A stretch of 64,000 bases of DNA from the human T2T-CHM13v2.0 reference genome, Homo sapiens (GCF_009914755.1 NC_060932.1); one strand, 5' to 3'; numbered from the stretch's first letter, positions 1-14,563 are shown. The notes: generated by a model from the letters alone, not told the origin. A program made the numbers and translations.

Positions 1-385
1 GTTATCACCTGAGGTATGAACCCTGAAGTGTGATCTCCTGGGGTGCTAACCCCTGTGGTGTGATTCCCTTGGGGTGTGAACCCCTGAGGTGTGATCCCCT
101 GAGTTATGAACCCCTGTGGTGTGATTCCCTGAGGTGTTAACCCCTGCGGTGTGATCCCCTGAGGTATGATCCCCTGAGGTGTGAACCACTGTGGTGTGAT
201 TCCCCTGAGGTGTGAATTCCTGAGTTGTGAATCCTTGCGGTGTTATCACCTGAGGTATGAACCCTGAAATGTGATCTCCTGGGGTGTTAAACCCTGTGCT
301 GTGATTCCCCTGGGGTGTGAACCCCTGCAGTGTGATCTCCTGAGGTGTGAACCCCTGTGGTGTGAACCCCTGAGGTGTGACCCAA
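1..385. repeat. Minisatellite (VNTR), ~15-bp unit CCCCTGAGGTGTGAW, with a 241-bp higher-order period; continues off the left edge
   Basis: Unit repeated about 25 times; the variant block GTTATCACCTGAGGTATGAACCCTGAA occurs at both 1 and 242. Confidence 0.95.
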
Positions 386-539
386 GGGGTGGATTTGGGG
401 TATGGCCTGGGATTGCTGGGCGATATGGAAGAGGGGAAGGTTCAGGGTTTCTTAATTTTCTCAGGCAGATGGGAGGCATCTTCTCAGTTCCCTGGGGACT
501 ATCAGAGACCACCATTCCCCCATTCTTCCCTGGCTCCCT

Positions 540-1290
540 TGGCACATTTGAATCAGACCTTTGAGATCTCACTATGGCCTTTGTGGGAAAGGCTGTATGA
601 ACATAAATGGGTGTCCAGCCTGGGGGCCAGGTGAGGGAAGGCAGAGGCAGAGGGTGGCAGTGCCCCACCAATGTCCAGGGGAGAGCAACACCCTCATGTG
701 GACCACCCAGTGAGAAGGCTTGACCACAGTGGGGTAAGTGAGGCCACTGTGTCGTGCTGCATCTGGCTTCACTCCATGCTCATGACGCATCCTTCTGATT
801 AATGTCAGGAGGCAGTGGCTCTGGGCCCTTGGTAGGGAATGGGGTATTTTTGTTGCTGGAAAGAAACATCCCTTGGTAGAAATGAATACATTGGCACTTG
901 GCTTTCCATACTGGAGCGTGAGTGAGTCAGCCTCCCTGCGTCTGTGTCCACCGAGGGCACTGCAGGGCTAGGGGCAGCTTTGATTGTGGTAGAGGCACTG
1001 GGGCCCCTGTGGGAGCCTGGAGGTGCTTCTCCCACCCTCTCATGGGGACTCTGTAAACCTCTTGGTGTTACAGCTTGTGCTTCTCTCATGCTGGCTGCCA
1101 GCCCACAGAGATGTGTTTTCCAGGCCACACAGGCATTGGCTCGCCTCTTTTTGGTGATTTGGAACTGACATCACAGTCCTCTGACTCCAGCTGTAACACT
1201 GGCTGGTCCACATATACGCATCATCTATATGCACATGAAAGCTGTCATTATTCCTTCTGCTATGGAACCTGAATTACTGACAGCTGTAGT
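540..1290 (-). mobile_element. Highly decayed ERVL-class internal (protease/RT) remnant
   Basis: Minus-strand translation fragments QQKYPIP (cf. ERVL RT QKQYRIP) and GHPFMFIQ.FPQ (cf. GQQYTFTVLPQG), with a protease-like segment upstream in the expected order; frameshifted. Confidence 0.4.
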
Positions 1291-1312
1291 GTTGCTTCTG
1301 TCCTCAGATGGG

Positions 1313-1850
1313 TGCAAAGAGTTCCTGACTTACAATACTTTTGACTTAAAATTTTTTGATTTACAATGGTGTGAAAATGACATGCATTTAGTTCACCCCC
1401 CAACTTATGATTGGGTTGTATCTGGATAAACCTATCAAAAGTTGAAAATACTGTGAGTCAAACACACATTTTCTGTTTCTTTCTTTCTTTTTTTTTTCTG
1501 TTGCCCAGGCTGGAGTGCAGTGGCACAATGATAGCTCAATGTAACCTCAACTCCTGGGCCCAAGCAATCCTCTCACCTTAGCCTCTCATGTAGCTGGGAC
1601 TGAAGATGTGTGCCACTACACCTGGGTAATTTTTTAAAATTTTTTTTAATTTTGTAGAGGTGGTAGGGGGTCTTACAATGTTGCCCAGGCTGGTCTTGAA
1701 CTCTTGGCCTCAAGCTATCCTCTTGCCTTGACCTTCCAAAGTGCCGGGATTGCAGGTGTCAGATGCTCAGCCCATGCTTTCAATTTTTAATATTTTCCAT
1801 TTACAGTGGGTTTATCCAGACATAACCCCAGAGTAAGTCCAGGAGCATCT
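1313..1850. mobile_element. MER47/Tigger5-family DNA transposon derivative interrupted by an Alu
   Basis: Right end GGGTTTATCCAGACATAACCCCAGAGTAAGTCCAGGAGCATCTG+TA; left part GACTTACAAT..TTTACAATGGTG; 1395-1470 is an inverted copy of the right end. Confidence 0.75.
1470..1773 (-). mobile_element. AluJ
   Basis: T-rich tail, CCCAGGCTGGAGTGCAGTGG, AluJ-type AACTCCTGGGC-CAAGCAATCCTC. Confidence 0.9.
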
Positions 1851-1861
1851 GTATATGTAAA

Positions 1862-2605
<744 letters not shown>

Positions 2606-3214
2606 CCAATAGCTCAGAAACTTGGTGGATCTTTGAATACCTCTGTTTTATACAGAAAGGCAGGCCAGAGTCATACCCATTTTATAGATGGGGAAACTGC
2701 ATCCCAGATAAATGAAATGATTTATTTGAAATTACTTTCTTACAAAATGCTTTAAAAGAAAAAAAACAGAGAAATGTTAACTAGGGCAACATACAAATTG
2801 TCTGCCAACTGTTAAGCTCATATCGAATGCTCCTGACCACTTTAAGATTAGGCCTTTGGGATCCCTGTTTTTAGAGATGGAGTGGCCACAGATGAGTAGC
2901 CCATCATGGGGTGTTCAACAGTGCACCAAGCCAGGACTCACTAGAATGCTGAAGAATCCATGAATAATCCATTTATTTAAAACCTGCCAAAAGGGAAGGG
3001 TGTGTACACCTAAAGTATTTATTTTTGTGCCACGAAATGCCAAAGAATGCTTTGATTTTTTTTTCTTACGTAGTTTTCACCCTGAAGAAGGAACTCTCTG
3101 GGCTCTTAAATTCACATGTAAATACCTGGATCAGAATCACATTTTTAGAGCCCAGTCAAGAGGTGTTAAACTTTCAAGACTCTAAAAAAACAAGCTGCAA
3201 AGAACAGAGGACAG

Positions 3215-3332
3215 AGCAGGGCTTTGGAGTCAAGAGATGCCTTTGGGGTTCCAGCTCTGCTCTCCCTAAGGGCATGGCCCTGGGCAAGGTGCATTAATGT
3301 CTCTAGGTCTTATCTCAAAAATGGGATGACCA
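3215..3332 (+). mobile_element. MIR fragment
   Basis: GGGCTTTGGAGTCA..CCAGCTCTGC..CTGGGCAAG..AAAATGGGAT. Confidence 0.65.
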
Positions 3333-3852
3333 ATCACGCCTAGTTCCAGAAGGTTCCAATGGAATAATCTCTATGGAAGTGCTGTATAAAGGGCAAAGTC
3401 ACTAAGCAGCACAGGTGTTTGGGTTTTAGGATGAAAAGAGGATAGCTCAGAATTTCGAGGCAGTGTGGCACCAGGGAGCACCCAGTGTCAACCCTTGAGT
3501 TCAAAAGGAAGAGGGGCTGGCCAGAGTTCAAAAGGTAGGTTGGCCAGAAGCTCTGAGATGGATTTCTGACTTGGCGAAGAGGATAATGAAAATGGAAAGC
3601 CTTTATGGGGGGGCCAACACTGAATTTTTTTTTTTTTTTTTTTTTGCAAAATATGTCATGTATGTTTATTTTAATGGCGATAGGGGTCTATGACCAATCC
3701 ATTCTCCCTCCAAAGAGTTAGGTGCCTTTTCTTTAGAAAAGGTGCAGAGGGGGGGCTCACATACAATGGTAAGGGGGCAGTGAGCTGGAGTACCTTGAAA
3801 GACGTGCACATGATACACTTTGAGATCTCCATTCATCAAATCTAATCAATAA

Positions 3853-4706
<854 letters not shown>

Positions 4707-6199
4707 TGACTAATTTTCCCCCTCAAGACTTCACCTGTGTTGTCTGGGGAGGAGTAGGAGGTGATACTAGAATAGGAAGTGTCAGCTGCGTCATGTGTAC
4801 CCCCTGGCCCCCTTACTTGGAGTTGGTTGTCCTCCGTACACCGATAAGAGACTCTGAAGGAGTGACCAATGTCAGAGTGGTACTGTGAGGCAGTCAGACT
4901 GCCGCTCCCATCCTCCCAGGAAGATGTGAGGGAAGGAACCTGAACACAGATGTTTGTGCATTTGTCTGGGAGTTAGGAGGATGAAGGCTGGAGGCGGAGT
5001 GTGTAGGAGGAGGGAGGAGAAGAAGGGAAGTGAGAAGCTGTGACTGACTTTGAAAGAACTGGGTTGTTGGACCTCATACATTCTCAAGGGCTGGGAAAGC
5101 AGACGTGAATGTCCTCAAATTTAGCTAATAGAGAACATCGATTTCCTTTATGCAGCTCAGCCAAATGCATTTAACTTCTACTTAAATATTGCCAGCAAGT
5201 ATTTTTCAGTTCTTACAATAAAATCCTCTTTTTAGGTCACCTTTCAAATTTCCTGGCTGTCCCTTAGAGGGGCTGCATTCAGAGATAATGTCTTAATTCA
5301 GCAAGACATCTGACTTAATTACACTGCTAATATGCATTTCTTCCTTCCTCTTTTAGAGAAATAGAGAGGAAGACAAACCCTCATTTTCTAGAACTATTTT
5401 CTTGTCCTGTGTTTTAGCACTACTGTATATATATGATGCCCTCTCTGAAAGCTTGCCTCTAGGTTTACCTGTCCACCAACCATTTAGCCAGGCCCAATGT
5501 CAATAGCAGAAAAGCAGTGGATTAATAACAAGAGAAACAACAAGAGCAAGAAGAAAGCGTATTCTTCTTTGTTAGTTCTCCTGGCTGCACTACATCATAA
5601 TTATGGTTTCATACAGCCTCTGTGTTTTAAAAATTGTGACTTTAGGTGACAGTACAGAAAGCCAGTGATGCTTTCACTCTCATATGCCTCAATGGTAAGA
5701 TGTATACAGAGTGTGTGAACTGAAAATGGTCAGGAACTAAAGAATATTTTATGATCTAAACTAGTCGTCATTGTTACAGTGCATCTAACAAGAGAACATC
5801 TTCAACAGCCCTCCTCCTCCGTGGAAGCTGTCTAGGAAACACATCTCAACAATTCAAGAAATTCTCATACCATGGGTGTTCCTGGCTTCCTGCTATTTTC
5901 TCACTCCTGCTCCCCTCAGCCTTCACCCCCACCCTAATGAATATTCAGTCTGCATCCTTCAACCAGGATTTTGAATAGGATGCTTCCTGTTTTTCCTATT
6001 AAAGATTAACTGTTGTCCTGGGTAAGAGACTGTTTAGTGAAAGCTGGCAGCTGGGAATTCCTGTTTATTTTTTATTATGACCCTGGTTCTGGGGACAACA
6101 TATATCTCAAAGTTACAAATAAGGCCTTGTATATTCCGATGGCTCTGTTAGTCCTGACTCTGTATTGCATTCTTTTTTTAAAAATCTACATGCCTGTCC

Positions 6200-6314
6200 C
6201 ATCTCACTGTGAGCAATTCAAAGGCAGGAATTAAGTCTTATTAATTTCTCTCTTCCGTTGCCCAGCATAGTGACCAGAACAGAGCTCAATAAAATGTGTT
6301 GAATAGATAAATGG
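6200..6314 (+). mobile_element. L2 3' end
   Basis: ACTGTGAGC..AAGGCAGGA..GCCCAGCATAGTG..GCTCAATAAAATGTGTTGAAT. Confidence 0.7.
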
Positions 6315-6316
6315 GC

Positions 6317-6735
6317 TGTTAAGAGAAAAACTTTAGCAGAATTAAATTTAAAGGAGTTTAATTGAGCAATGAATGATTCACGGATCAGGCAGCCCCCAGA
6401 ATTACTGCAGATTCAGAGAGGCTCCAGGGGTACCTCATGGTCAGAACAAAAAAAGGGAAGTGACGTACAGAAATCAGAGGTGAGGTGCAGAAACAGGTGG
6501 ATTGGTTACAGCTTGGCATTTGTGTTATTTGAACACAGTCTGAACACTCAGCACTGTATGAATGGTTGAAGTGTGGCTGCTGAGATTGGCTGAGACTCAG
6601 CTATTGTTACAGGCTGTAATCCTAAATTAGGGTTTCAATCTTGTCTGCACACTAAGGTAGGTTGCAGTTCGTCCACAAGGACTCAAATACAGAAGTATGG
6701 AGTCCTTCCCAGGCCATATTTAGTTTGCTTTAACA
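6317..6735 (-). mobile_element. MER57-family ERV1 solo LTR
   Basis: TG..CA termini; reverse strand starts TGTTAAAGCAAACTAAATATGGCCTG; 4-bp TSD GGGC/AGGC. Confidence 0.85.
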
Positions 6736-8389
6736 AGGCATAGCAGTGATAAGTTCCAGAGAGAGGTGGTCAGCACGATTCATCACTGTCCTCAGACAAG
6801 AAGAGGATGAGGAGGGATGAGAGCCATTTGTGCCTATTTTGTACCTTTTTGGCAAAGTCATGATTACTTAGTCATGTAACATGTAACTTAGCATGACCCA
6901 TTGGGTACAGAAAGTAGGTTTAATTTTTTTATCCAACAGTGAAGTTTTCCATACTTCACTCAAGTACTTAGTAATTGCTGTAGCTTTGCTTCATTGCAGC
7001 GGCTTCATAGATCATGGCTGTTGTTCATCGCTTGTGGCGTGCCTGGGAAATCAATAGCTAAAAATGTTTTGTGAACCCTTAGTAGTTGTTACCTGGGTAG
7101 GTTTGGAATGTTCCAGGAGAATTAATGAACAATCAGGTGATAGTTTTGTCATTTTACAGGGAATAATAAGCAAATGCGTGTTTGGAAGTGTGATTCTATC
7201 AAATCTGTTTATAAATAAGTGCATATTTGCCATTTAAAGTAATTTTTTTATCTGTGACTTGGGCTTCATGGGATTAGCTATAATGACACGTCTGGGAGTC
7301 TCCTCACAATTAGAATGAAATCCTCGAGTTTTTTTCCTAAAAACCTTATGGATGGTGTTTTGCATTTGTCATCTGCAAGAAAACATGTAAACACCCTGGT
7401 ATTTCTTTAGTATTCGTTTTTAAGGGCTGCAAATGGGTTTTACAAACTTGATTTCATGAATCCTTAAATAAAGCCTGGGAAACAGTAGATACACTTAACA
7501 TTTAGCAAAACTCTTCAATAGCTTCTTGCCACCATAGGCATAAATTCCTCCACAGCTCGCCCTTTCTCAGACACTAACCTCCAGTTACACCAAACGATTG
7601 CAGGTTTCACCTCATGTGCACTCTCTTGCCTTCAGCCTTTTGTGTATACACTTCTTTCCCCCAGACCCTCCCTCCCCAACTCCTAATCCTCCTTCAAGAT
7701 GAGAAACTTGAATATCACCTCCTCAGCACAGCTTCCTGATTTCTACACCCAGTTAGGTCCCTTGCTAGTTGCTTCCTCACAGAGGGAATTACACAGAGAA
7801 ATTAAGGTCCACAATGCAAACATTTCCAGAGTAATAATCACTTTTTAAGTTATTTTCAATGTCAATAGAAAATATTTGAGTTCTGGGCTGTCCTCTTTGT
7901 GATAATCCATGTCCTTTTATTTATGTATTTGAATTGATGTTCTGTCCAAAGTTGCTGCCAAAATTACATTTTGGAGGAGCCAGGAAGAGCTTGTCAAACA
8001 TCTTGATGTGTGGTTTGTATGGTTTCATTTGGTCTGACGATCTTATCTATCCAGAGAAAAAGCAAGTCACACCTCTATCTTTGCCTTCTTTCTCTGGATA
8101 GTTTAATATATTATTAATAGTTTGACCATAATTCACATTCCATTTTTAGGAGCATCGGAAGATTATATGACATTTCTGATTTTATTAGAACATTCTTTCA
8201 TTTAATATTGCTTAAAAAAAACAGCCAGTATGTGGAGGCTGAGAAGCCTTTGGTTATATAAGCTGCTTTATGATGGTTTTATTTTAGTTGTATAACATAT
8301 TTGTGTTTCTTAATGATATTCAGGACAGCAGAAGGGTCAAGAGAGCAGATTTTGAAGGAAGCCATGCCACGTTCGTTACATAAAGTACT

Positions 8390-8576
8390 ATATCTGAGGC
8401 TCAGTTGTCTCATTTATATACTGGAAATGACAATAATATCTATCTCATAGGATTACTATAGGGGTTAAATGTAATAATGAGTTATTACATTAATAAAATG
8501 TAATAAAATGTAATATGTAATAAAGAGTTTGATATACAGCTCAAGGTTAGTACTCAGTCAGTGCTAGCTATTTTAT
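8390..8576 (+). mobile_element. MIR
   Basis: CTCAGTTGTCTCATTTATATA..ATAATATCTATCTCATAGG..TGCTAGCTATT. Confidence 0.65.
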
Positions 8577-8578
8577 TA

Positions 8579-8609
<31 letters not shown>
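8579..8609. repeat. Compound microsatellite (CT)n(AT)n
   Basis: Seen directly in the sequence. Confidence 0.95.
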
Positions 8610-8618
8610 CACTAACGA

Positions 8619-9252
8619 TGAAGTGGCGTTATTGGGGTAATAATCTGGAGTAAATACCCGAGATTCATTGTCTCACGGCCATGGAAAACTAGGACGCAGG
8701 CACACAAAGAGTGAGGTTCAGAATGGAAGTTTAATAGGCAAAAGAAAGAGAGGAGATCTCTGCAGCAGAGAGGCATGCTGGAGAAGTGAGTTGCTGGTTC
8801 CACAGTGGAATGCAAGGTTTTTTATAGATGAGCTTGAGGAGGTGGTGTCTGATTTACAGAGGGCATGAAAGATTGGTCAGACCAGGTGTTTCATTTGCAT
8901 AAGGCGCGAAAAACTGGTTAGGACTCGGTGTGCCATTGCAGGTGGTTCTCTACCTGGCCGGTGCCATGTTGCCTGTTCCTTTACTGTACATGTGGTGACA
9001 AAAAAAAGAGAAGATGGAGACTCTATGTTGGACATACCTGGCCTCCAGGTAGCCCTTTTATATTGGCACAGCTGCTGGCATTCACCCATGCAAGTTTCCA
9101 GCTTGCTTATTTGTCTGCAGCTCAATTTTTCAGGCTGCTGTTTGTTAGAAAGGAAGTGATTTGGGGCCTGCTTTTTGTTAAAAGGGACATTTTACTGGGG
9201 ACTCTGCTGCACCTACTATCTGTCTAATAATTTCTTTCTACCTCCTGCATCA
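8619..9252 (-). mobile_element. ERV1 MER4-group solo LTR (LTR43/MER61-like)
   Basis: TG..CA termini; reverse strand starts TGATGCAGGAGGTAGAAAGAAATTATT; CAGCAGCCTGAAAAATTGAGCTGCAGAC. Confidence 0.75.
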
Positions 9253-11253
9253 GCAAGCAGCTCTTTTTCCTTCCTGATGAAGCAATTTCCTTTTTCAAGT
9301 TGACCTCCTGTAGGTGCCACAAAAGTTACAGCAGTCCTAGGGACAGTGAGTTTCATCTCGTTTTCTGTTCCTGTGATGCTAACAAGCTGACCTAAATTCT
9401 CTCCGGTCACATGGTCCCATAAGCTCTCTGAGGGTAAGAAGTGTAGCATCCTCATCTTTGGGCTCCCTGTAGCCCATTGTTCAGTGGTACGAGACTGGTC
9501 TTTACCATTTGCCTCCGTGCTGGTGTCTTCGTTCTGTTCTTTCAGCATGGTTGGGATGGCCATCTCTCTCCTGCATGGAGCCACCAGCGGACTCATCCTG
9601 ATCCTAAGGCCCACTGTGTCTTGCCCATAGGTGCTCAATGAATGTTTGTTATTAGGAGCATGCAGATGACAAACATTCCTTTTCAATGAGAGCAGATGAG
9701 AAAATAACTGCCTTGTTTTAATCCCAATTTACTTTTCTTCCATTTTATGATCTTGGTAAAAAATGTGAGGAAGGATTTGATCACAATTTTCTTCACTAAT
9801 TCTTCACCTACCTACCTAACCAATCAACAAAGCCCTCAGGATTCCACACAGGCATCCAGCTCCTACTTTAAGGGACAGCTTAAGTCTTTGTGGTCATTAT
9901 AACTATTAATGAGTTATTGATTAGCAAACACATCAGTCTGGTATTCAAGCAAGGGCTGCTGATGGAATCGTAAAAGGAAAGATGTTTTAAAAGTTCTATT
10001 ATGACTGCTGAAACAGATTACATTGGACATCTTTGGTTCTCATTAATTACAGCCATGGTGGACACAATTCTAGAGAATCTCCTGCCTACAGAAGTAATGG
10101 AGGAAAAGCCCTCATGGATACATATAGATTTTGTTAATTTCCACCCCTTCTTCAAGAACTCATCACCTGTAAGAGCCAATGAAAACAAATCTATCCATTT
10201 ATCTATCTATCTTTCTGTTTTTTTTTTTTTTGTTTTTTTTTGCCACTTGCCAGTCAACAATGACTCCTGCTCCTGATTGCGTAATTGTTTTGAAACTTTT
10301 CTCAGGCCTAAGATAGAAGCCTCCACACGCCTTCCCATCTTCTCTGTCTCTCACCATTTATTATATGACATCACAGAGGGACACTCCTCTTAGAGTAACA
10401 GATTCTGATTTTTATTTGTCATTTACTATTGTGTGAAAAGAATTCAGAAGGAAGTCAAACTAGCCACTTTTTCAGTCCATAGGGGTCTGAGTGCTATAAT
10501 CCTGGTTCTCAATTTCCCGTCTGTTGAAGAACTTGCAGGTCACTGGGTGAGACTTAAGCATCCCTAGAGCTGTGACATTTTTTCGTCTGCGTGTAGGAAA
10601 AACTGGAAGAGGCCCCCAAAGTTTATAATACCTGAAAGACAAAGTTCCTTAAAACTTTCATTCTGCTAGGACAATGAAAAACCCTCCCATGGAAATACTT
10701 GACTTGGATATCATTATCTATTTAGATGGTAAAGTTGTGGGTGCTATGATTTATAACATGAGAGCTGCTTCCTGGGCCAAACTTTGAGTTTGTTTATTAA
10801 TCCTGGAAACCATTATAACCAAGTTAATAGGAAAAAGGAGATCGCTGAACTCCGTGTACTTGGAAGTTCCTGAAAGCAGCTCAGAGTTAGTAACTGGCTG
10901 CCCCCAGGTAAAAATCCATGCAAATAGCAGTGATGAGAAACCTCTCTGGAATGCCCTCCCCCTCCTTCTTTACTTAGTTATTTATGTTCAGTGACTTCCT
11001 TAGAATCACGTCCTTTCAAGAAGGATCATTCTAAGAGTATTTTTATTACAGGAAATTTAGAGGCAGAATGCTAAATTTCACAAATATATAAAGATGCAAT
11101 AAATTTGTCCCTAGCCTAAGGTATGTTCTATTTGCCATGGAATGGGGCTTAACTAAAAGTTAGTCAATTCTGATAACTTGAGGAGAATTCATAATGTTTA
11201 AACAGAGGATCTGAGCCAACTTGCAACTAAATCACTTCTTAAAAATTGTTTCA

Positions 11254-11567
<314 letters not shown>

Positions 11568-12172
11568 TCATCCACCACAAAATGTCTGATTTCATTTGCT
11601 GGATTTTCAAATGACTAGTGAAAATGGCCAACATGAATGGAGTTTTCACAGTTAGCCACTGGTAAAGTGAGAATGAGATTTTTCTGCCTTGCCGGCCATG
11701 AGGTTGGCATCGTGGTTAATGGGGGTAATCTGTGCAAAGAATTTTGAGGAGTGCCTGGCATACAGATGGTTCTCAAAAATATTAGGTAGTTTTATCATCA
11801 TCGTTAATAAATAAATAAGTTCGAATCTATGATCAGTGCTAGAGAAATCTGGTGGTCAATATAAACTCACATCTCAGGAAGGTACAACTGTTCATTTTCC
11901 TCTAAAATTCTGATAAATTTGCAGAAACTCCTGTCCTCCACACTTTCTCTCCGAGCCTACTAATTGATGGAAACAATTTGGTTTAAATTTCTAACTGGGA
12001 TCTGTCAGCAAGACGGAAAGTCAAGATTTCTATCATTATGGAAACAGGTTTCTACAGATCATTTTTATTTTTAAAAAAGTCATGTTTTTAACCATTCAAG
12101 AATACACATCAAAATTTAAGGATTACTAGAATAGAATTAAACATTGTAAAAAAAAAAACCCCATATTTTTAG

Positions 12173-12476
12173 TAAAATGGGCATGTGAAAATATATGTTT
12201 GTGTATCTTCACATACCCATTTCATATATATGTGTATAGATGATATTATATATGATATATGATATATATTCATATATACATATATGTATACTTGAAATAT
12301 ATATTTCATATATGTATACCCATTTCATATATATGTGTATATATGATATATATGATACATGATATATATTCATATATACATATATGTATACATGAAATAT
12401 ATATTTCATATATGTATATATATATGAAATGGGTATGTGAAAATACACAAACATATATTTTCACATGCCCATTTTA
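12173..12476. repeat. AT-rich inverted repeat (59-bp arms) enclosing a 103-bp tandem duplication
   Basis: 12173-12231 is the reverse complement of 12418-12476 with one mismatch. Confidence 0.95.
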
Positions 12477-12852
12477 AATATTTGTTTGTGTGTGTATGTA
12501 TATATATATATATAAAATCAGAAAACGGAAAATGTCTAGAGTATCTGTGTTACGAGACTTCAGGCACCTGGGGAAAATTATTTTCTGACCAGCAGTCTCC
12601 GGAAGAGGAGCCAGGCCTTGTGTGTGGCCTTGGCCTGGGTCCCGGTCTTGCACTTTCTCCCTCTAGCCTGGTGGGCCAGGGCCAGGGGCCTTTGCTTTAA
12701 TCCTACAGTTTCTGCTCAATCATTAGCCCTTCCTATGACCCTCACCTGGATGTGATCGTCCCTCTTTTACGCTCTAGTAACAGTATTGTTTTGGGTGGGT
12801 CAACATCCAAAACACTAGTGTCCTCATTTAATTAAGGTCAGGTCTCCTTATA

Positions 12853-12932
12853 CTGGGTTAGCACTAAAGTAATTGCAGTTTTTGCAATTACTTTTAATGG
12901 CAAAGGCCACAATTACTTTTGCACCAATCTAA
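12853..12932. mobile_element. MADE1 (Hsmar1 MITE)
   Basis: 80-bp palindrome ending CAATTACTTTTGCACCAATCTAA, flanked by TA on both sides. Confidence 0.9.
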
Positions 12933-14563
12933 TAACTTCCTTCATGGCAAAAACTTTTTGCTACCTTTATACTAAGTGTCTTGTACCTAGCAGCTGCTTT
13001 CAAAATGTATTAAATGAATGAATGAAATAAAAATAAAATTAAATTCAATGGTATATCATTTATCTTGGCATCTGATGTAAATTAGGTATCAATAAAGGGT
13101 AGCTATGATTATGAGGATACATAATTTCAGAACTAAGTTGTGAGGCGTCTTATTTCCATATCTCAACTAGTATTTGAAATGCAGCTTTAGGTGAAAAAGT
13201 TTAGGCTTCTAGACCATGTTTTTAAAAAGTTAATCAAACAATGGAAGCCTCAATATATAGTAGAATTTCTCTTGTATGTTGAACTCCCTAGAATATGCTC
13301 ATAAACATATTTCTTTTTCAAGATAATTTTATTTTTCATGTTATGAAAATGTTAATGTAATTATACTAATCTTAAAATAAACAAAATCATGCTTAGTTTT
13401 GTCGTCCAGAGATAACCATATGAATGTGTAAATTTTGTTTTCTAGGCAGGATTCTTTTTTTTCAACATAGCTGTGATTCATTCAAATGAGTGAATTTAAC
13501 AAATATTTGCATTACGTTTTTTATGTGTCAGGGCTGTGCTTATAGTGTGTACACTGTGTTTACATAGAGAATATAATTTTGTATTCAATTTTTTAGCAAA
13601 TATAATAATAGACATTTGCCAATGTTATTCAAAACTCTTTGTAAATATAATCATGCTTTTTAAAAACTAAGCATCCTATGGTTGATCATTTTGGTCCTTT
13701 TCAATATTATAATACTGCAACATTGTTTTAGATGATTAGGATGCTTTGTTTAGGAAAGATTCCCAGATATAGATTTACTGGGAGGAAAGCTATGAGCATT
13801 TTAAGACTTTTGATTTACCAACTTGCTTTCCAAAATGGGGTACAAATTAACTGAATGGAAAGATAGAAATACAGAAAACAAAGAAAGGTAAATAATTGTG
13901 ATATAGTATTTTGCAAATGTTGAAATAAATTCTTTAGCTAGAAAAAAAAGAAATATAGGAAACATGGAGAAATAGAAAATGTTTCTATATACAGAATACA
14001 GAAAAATACAGTTTTAAAAAAGTATACCTTAATATTAAGGCTTCCGCGGCAAACCAGAGTGAAGTGATGTTCAACCCCACTTTGTCAAATGCTTGAAATT
14101 CATTTGCAGTTGCCAGGTTATCTGGAGGTTTTGACGGTGCCCAGAGAGAGAAGGAAGTGTCTGTTTGAGGTGCCTTGCTCCTAATCCAGTGTCTCCTAAA
14201 AGCACAGAACCTTGGTAATTCAAGCAAGATGTCTTTCTGGTATGCCTAGAGGCACCTAAAACCATGACACAGTTAGGACAAATATAGTAGATTGTACACA
14301 CACAGGAGTTTCATGTAACAAGTGAAACCAAGGTTTCTTTCAAAGCTTAGGGTTTCTTTCATGTGAAAGATACATTCTTATTTTTAGATAGGAAGAACTC
14401 CAGGCTGAAGCAAGCAGTGTGATATAATCTTGTATTGTCTTGAAGGAAATTAGCCAGGGAATTGATACATGTTTAGCCATGTCATTCCAGGAATCCTTTA
14501 AGCTGACTATAGGGAGCTAATACTTTCTGAAAGTAATTTTACCCAAAAGAAACACAGACTTTT

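Noticed and set aside
46-671. ORFs with pentapeptide periodicity (TPQGF.., HTSGD.., CEPLR..)
   Set aside because: They are translations of the 15-bp minisatellite in several frames
9216-9686. Longest ORF in the track (156 aa)
   Set aside because: Overlaps L2 and LTR sequence, has a non-ATG start and shows no domain signature
12209-12477. Tyr/Ile-rich ORFs on both strands
   Set aside because: They arise from the AT-rich repeat
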